From: Iphione sp. A-MEVVRFRX5
Lineage: Eukaryota
Assembly (NCBI GenBank): GCA_976226885.1
Contig: OZ320318.1
Span: 68,572,001 to 68,636,000, forward strand
DNA length: 64,000 bases
Direction: 5' to 3'
Shown here: in pieces, positions 58,382-64,000 of the stretch
Layout of the letters: each line of letters begins with the position of its first letter
Numbering within the stretch: position 1 is the first letter of the stretch
Notes under the pieces: generated by a model
Seen by the model: the letters and a program-made list of their open reading frames with translations, nothing else
What the model was told of the DNA's origin: nothing
The model's database searches: none
Translations under genes and position numbers: made by a program

Positions 58382-58609
58382 CTCTTCGTTGCAACATGCA
58401 AAGCAAATCAGGTCATAACTATGATGATCCACTGTTGATTGGTTTTACTGGCTGCCGATACATATCATTATCGCTGGGAGGTTGATATCAACATAAACAC
58501 TTACCACGATGGCCTCCTGAGTCAATTTGTCTGTTATATATAATAAAACTTCAATAAGCATCACACAGCCTGGTTGAGAAATAATGCTATGGCTGTGTTT
58601 CTGATTACA

Positions 58610-60454
58610 TGAATATGTGTACATGGACGAGGTGTGAGGATGCCAAAAGGATCAAAAGGAAATTCCTAAATATGCAAGTAAGAAAGGCAATGCGCAAAGC
58701 ATGAAGGACGTAGGAGAGTGAGAAGTTAAAACATGCGGGGAACGAAGCCACTAGGATATGGCATGTGCTCAACGATGTTCTGGGACATGCACAGAGAGAG
58801 GTGGTCCTGCCCATGTGGAGTGCATGTGATCATACCAATGATGGATCACCCGCTGAAGACTTCAATGCTTACTTCATAGTGGAGGTGGAACGACTGGCGC
58901 CACAACCTGTTGCGAATGACTGGGTTCAAATGATGGGCATGCCTCGCATTGACGTTAAACCAACAATTTCAGAAGTGCTCAAACCCTATGTTGTCAAGCA
59001 GGGTTTGACCCAGGCTTCTGGTATCCTCAATGTCCTAACGGTAGTCCTCAAGCCATTACTACATCTCACGTTGGATTTCATTGCCATACTGTTCACACAG
59101 ATTTTTTGGAAGATCACTAGGGTAACCCTTGTCTTTAAGAAGGGGGACTAGAGCCAGCTTGGAAACTATCACCCTGTCTTGATCCTCCCCTTGCCTGGGA
59201 AGGTATTTGAGGTGTGGTATGTAGGTGACCTCATGCAACAGCTAGAAGAATGGAAGTTTTGGGGCAATGAACAGCATGGATTCCATCCAGGGCAGAGCAC
59301 GGAGACAGCAATCATCAATCTCGTGTGCAAGGTGCAAGAGGCACTCAATGCTGGACAATATTGCTGCCTCCTGGCTCTGGACCTGTGCAAGGCTTTTCAC
59401 CTTGTTCCATCAATTGGGGTATTCTCTTGCCTGGAGACTGCTGGTGCTAGTGCCTCTGGCCGAAGGCTCATATCGAGCTATTTTGAAGGTCACAAGCAGT
59501 TCGTAAGATGTAGAGGTATCGATTTGAACATATGTGATGTCAACCATGGGGTTTCACAGGGCTCGGTCTTTGGACCAAGCACCTTCTCCATTGTTATTGA
59601 TGAAGTGGTGAGTAGGTTTCCACCAGGCGCAGAACTCACTATGTATGGGGATGACCTTATGGTGATGACTTCTACACCTGACCTCCTAAGGCTTCGGGGG
59701 TCACTCAACTGGCAGCAGAACAGGTAGTGACCTGGTGCAGTGAGGCTGGATTGCTATTCAGTGTCAACAAATGTGCCCATATGGTACTGGGAAAAGCAGC
59801 AGATACCCCACTGGATATCAAGCTACAGGATGTGACACTCAAGGTGGTGTAGAAAATAAAGCTACTTGGCTGCATGATTGACTCACATCTAAAGTTTCAG
59901 CCACTGATCAATGACACTGAAGCCAAGATGTGGATGGCCTCATCAAAGAGAGTTGACTGGGGAGAGTCAAGACCCTGTTGCCCATAGGGATAAGGGTTAG
60001 ACTCTTCAAGGCACTGGTTATACCTCACCTCTACTACGCATCTGCACTGCTGTATGGGGTGTTCAAGGCAGATAAATGCAATCTGCAAGCACACCTAAAC
60101 CAGGGCCTTAGGGTGGCGGTTCTGATGAGTAAAAGGTTGTCTGCGAAGCAGTTAGCAGAGAAGCATGGCATTGGCAGGGTACAGGACATCATAGAGAGAA
60201 AAGCCATCGCTGCCATCCATCGTCAAGTGCACCTAAACTTGCTACCTCAAGATGTCCCAACAAGGACCAGGGTAGGCACCTCACACCGAGTGAATGTGTC
60301 TAGACCCAGGAGCTTGAAGTTCACTAGAAGCCTCGTGTACGGCACTGTAGCAGCTTGGAATTCCCTGCCTACATGCTTGAAGTCCCTCCAGAAGCCATCC
60401 AAAGCAGCCTGGGACGAGATAGCCAGAGAATGTCAACACCTAGACCTGGGTTGA
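58610..60454 (+). pseudogene. Decayed non-LTR retrotransposon (CR1/L2-group LINE) ORF2 reverse transcriptase, 5'-truncated
   Basis: KKGD*SQLGNYHPV..LPLPGKVFE, QHGFHPGQSTETA, LALDLCKAF, GVSQGSVFGP, YGDD, and C-terminal LFKALVIPHLYY...AWNSLP. Contains stops and frameshifts; the 5' boundary is approximate. Confidence 0.9.
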
Positions 60455-63400
60455 CAGCCACGACTGCCTGATGCGCTGACCGGGTTGGGGTGCACCATAC
60501 ACATGGGTTTTGCCAGTGAAGGGGATGTAGACTAGTGGACTGGTGTGGGACTACACATTTGCGACGTGTACAGTGCAAGGGGGTGGTTTCTTTAATATGG
60601 GTAGGGTGTGATGTCGGGCCAAGTAAAGGGTGACTACAGTCAAATTGTGACAGATAGCTCATTTAGTGACATATTTAGCCAAAGGACAATCCTGGGTACA
60701 TAAGCTCCCATCATGGGCTTTAGCTTACTACCCCAAAAGTAAGCCGTATGCGAGTGTGGTGTGTAGTGCGAGTTGCATGGTTCTATGTTCATTGCCATTG
60801 AATTGTCATTGAACATCTACTGGCTCACACGGTGCACATCCGTCTCGGAATGAGGCAACATGTAAGAGATGATATTACCATGCATGTGTATAACAGAGAA
60901 TATCCTAAGATGCTGTTTCAGTATTGTGTGTTAATCTTCCTCGCAGAATGAGTCAATGATGCTCATAGACTACCTGTGTGCAACTTCTGGTGAGTGGTAT
61001 GCGAATTGGTCATCTACCTGACAGCGTGTGATATGATGTGTGATATGTAGAACAGCCAGCAAAAAGTATGCATTGTTTTCAACGAGTCTGATTTGTTCAA
61101 TCTTTGACTTGTTGAGTATGTGAAATAGATGGTGACTTTTGGGCAGTTACAATAAATGAGCATCTGTATCTGGTACTTTACTGTATGTATGTGTGCATAA
61201 GAAAAATGATACATGTGATTGTCTCTGTACGTGGATGACTTTAGCATGTGATTTTGGCTGTGGATAAGCTGATACCTGTATGCATAATTGATTGGTTGAA
61301 TATTTCTGCTTGTAATCGGAATATTACCCACCGAACATTGGCTAATTTAGAATTTTTTGTATGTGTAGCTGACTACGTTTCTGCATTTATATCTGGTACT
61401 CTACTGTTTGCCTATCTGCTTAGGAATAATGATGTATGTGTTAGTTCTTTGTATGTGGATAACTCCAGCACTCCACCATATGTTCCTCTTTTGCTTCACC
61501 TGTGTATATATGTTATATTGACCATGGACAACTTTGTATTGATACAAAGATATTGGTTAATAAAAACTTAAATGAAAAAAAATTAACTAAATGACCACAA
61601 CTGAAAAAAGAATTCTATGTAGTATAATAAGAATAATGATATGATATGTTTTGTCTTGTATTACACTTGAAAGAGACTAAGACGTTATACACTGGCTGCA
61701 GATACGTGTTATGGACTATGTGCACATAGACTCCTTCCTTACATATGGAAGGAGTCATGCATATTATGAGAGAGTATTATACGGTTTTAAAAGAAACATC
61801 GGCTCATAGAGGATAGCGAATTTGGCGAAGGAAGCTTGGAGAAGAGGATCAAGTAAATGGCTGATGTTTAATTCATGATGATTCAAAATATCTACGATAA
61901 GTTCCTTATACACTGCCGTAAATTTCGCCGATTTGTAAAGCCACTATTTAATAGGAACCCATCTCAAAATCATAATAGGAACCCATCTCAAAATTGTTAT
62001 TTCTTAAAAGTAAATTCTATTGGATTTATCTTACTTGAATTAATGTGGGAGTTTTCGAAATATTCCAACCATCGCGTGGGCGTATCTGTGAATGCATCGC
62101 TGTATTACATATTTCTTAGCCACGTTTGCGTCAATCCATAAGAACACCTGTATATGGCCGATCACGTGCTGCCACCTGTAGTTTTGCATGGATCCTCACA
62201 TGTGATCTACAGTTTCGCTTCATTTTTGTTTTTCTACGTTCTTGTTATATATTTTCATTCACCTCTGAAAAACTCGGATATCAATTCTCAAAATGCTAGA
62301 CAGTTTTTTTATGTCCAAGAGAATAGACCATACCGAAAATGTTTTACTATTTTAATATGACCAGTTATCATTACAGCAATATGTCAAATGAAATATTAAA
62401 AGTTTAAGGTGTAGTTCATCTACACCAATTACATGTATATGAATACAAGATCAAAATACATTTGTGAATCTTAACATACTCTAGACCTAATATAAATAAG
62501 GTCTAAGCCAGGGTGTCACTAAGGAAGGATTATTTACATTAACGTTTACATTATTTACATATTTATACTGCATGTGAACAGTTTAGTGTACAATTAACTC
62601 ATTTATGATCTATTAATACAAATGGTTCCAATGTTTTGTAACTTCAGCATTCTTCCATTTTTTGACATTTAGAAGTGTCTACATCCAAATGGAACACTTC
62701 GTCATTAATTTTGCTTTACTTCTTTTCTGAGACATCTACATGCATTCTAGAACAAACATTGGCTTACCCGGGGGACATCTACAGATCCGATGTCCTAAAT
62801 GCAACCATTTCTGCTTCACACAATGTTTATAATCACACTTTAAATTCTTTACTTTCTGTATGGCTCCAAAGCGGGCAGAGGTGGCTTTGATTTCGATCAT
62901 TGAAACAGTGGTGTGTTTGGGGTCCCCGGTATGTTCCGCACTAGTCATGAAAATGAAATGATAATCGCAGGCTAGTGTGTCAAAGAGGAAGATAATGCCG
63001 ATAAGTCACTCGAGGGTACATGAACGTGAGTTACTCTCTCAATCTTGCTCATCCAATGGTAGAAACAACCGGATAATCTATATTGGCTCACTGAGATTAT
63101 GAATATTTACATAAGAGCCAGCACGACCGTTATCTCCCTACTACGACAATGCTCACAGATTCACACGGCCATGAGTCGGATAGGTTGTCGGTGGATTAGA
63201 ATGATGAACACCTCGGCCGGAGGATGATTACATATTATAAGCTGATCAAACGATAATGTGACCGTTATTTACATGAAGGAGTTGGCCTCGAAAATCTGCT
63301 TATTCTGCAAGAGGAAGATCAACTAAGTGCATAATTTGTAGGAACGATTTCAAAACTGTGCCTGTGTGAAAGGACTTGAAGGCGTGGGCCTGTTACATCA

Positions 63401-64000
63401 TACACATCTGGATTTCGTTTTAACCATGGCCTAGTGAAGAGGCAATATGGTATTAAGAACACCATTCGCTCATTAAGAACACTGCAAAATCGGAATGCAG
63501 AATGTTTTCTTACATCCCTATAGCTTACGATATTCTCTGGAACTACTCCATCGTACATAGGATTCTCTATATCAAAACTAATCCATGAGAACGTATATCT
63601 ATAAATTAAAAGTAGGTTTTGGAGGTAATAATTCGTGGAAGTGATGGATAACAATTCTAAACAGCATCTTGGTTGCTGCCTGTCTCCAGATAGTCTTATC
63701 ATTTATGCCCTGTCTGAAGTCCCCCTGTCGACCTGTCTCAAGAGAAAACGCCATCAGATTGCCTCTTCCTTACAACTGTGTTGTCCTCACTGTATTGAGA
63801 GTACACAGACGTTTTGCATCATACTTTAAGGTCTATGGTCAGACTAATATACACTTAGAGGAACAGCCTTCGCAGTAAGGAAAAGACTGAATAAGAAACC
63901 ATGAAGCCAGTGGAAAACCTGATGGGTGCCGAACATTAATAGTGCTTGATTCTTCGTGGTTTCCTGATTCCCCCTATTTGCCTTGATTCGGGCATCAAAA

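Noticed and set aside
61729-61756. 10-bp hairpin GACTCCTTCC/GGAAGGAGTC as a Helitron 3' end
   Set aside because: No CTRR terminus at the expected distance.
63319-63702. 127-aa - strand ORF containing NPMY (NPxY motif)
   Set aside because: A single short motif, no transmembrane context or convincing exon chain.

Overview
Eukaryotic (invertebrate-like metazoan) genomic DNA: AT-rich, repeat-rich introns and intergenic sequence, with no rRNA, tRNA or CRISPR features seen. (1) A + strand, multi-exon immunoglobulin-superfamily gene spans at least 15903-40176. Its exons join in frame into the end of a V-type Ig domain, a C2-type Ig domain, an I-like Ig domain lacking its second Cys, and a C-terminal GPI-anchor-like signal; the 5' exons were not found. 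(2) A very young, full-length, GC-rich Ty3/Gypsy LTR retrotransposon lies on the - strand at 45490-55847. It has 312-bp LTRs differing at 1 base, an ATAT target-site duplication, a tRNA-Leu PBS, a PPT, gag with one premature TGA, a -1 frameshift signal and PR-RT-RNaseH-IN. It also carries about 4.5 kb of extra coding sequence after integrase: two C2H2 zinc fingers, basic NLS-like and acidic segments, a long disordered tract (all in frame with pol), and a separate orphan globular ORF near the 3' LTR. This cargo is the best candidate for an undescribed system (a retrotransposon-encoded DNA-binding regulator or integration factor). (3) A decayed CR1/L2-group LINE RT (about 58610-60454), a TA-flanked MITE, a palindromic element, micro/minisatellites and several helically phased A/T-tract arrays. 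All calls come from reading the sequence; no database searches were run.
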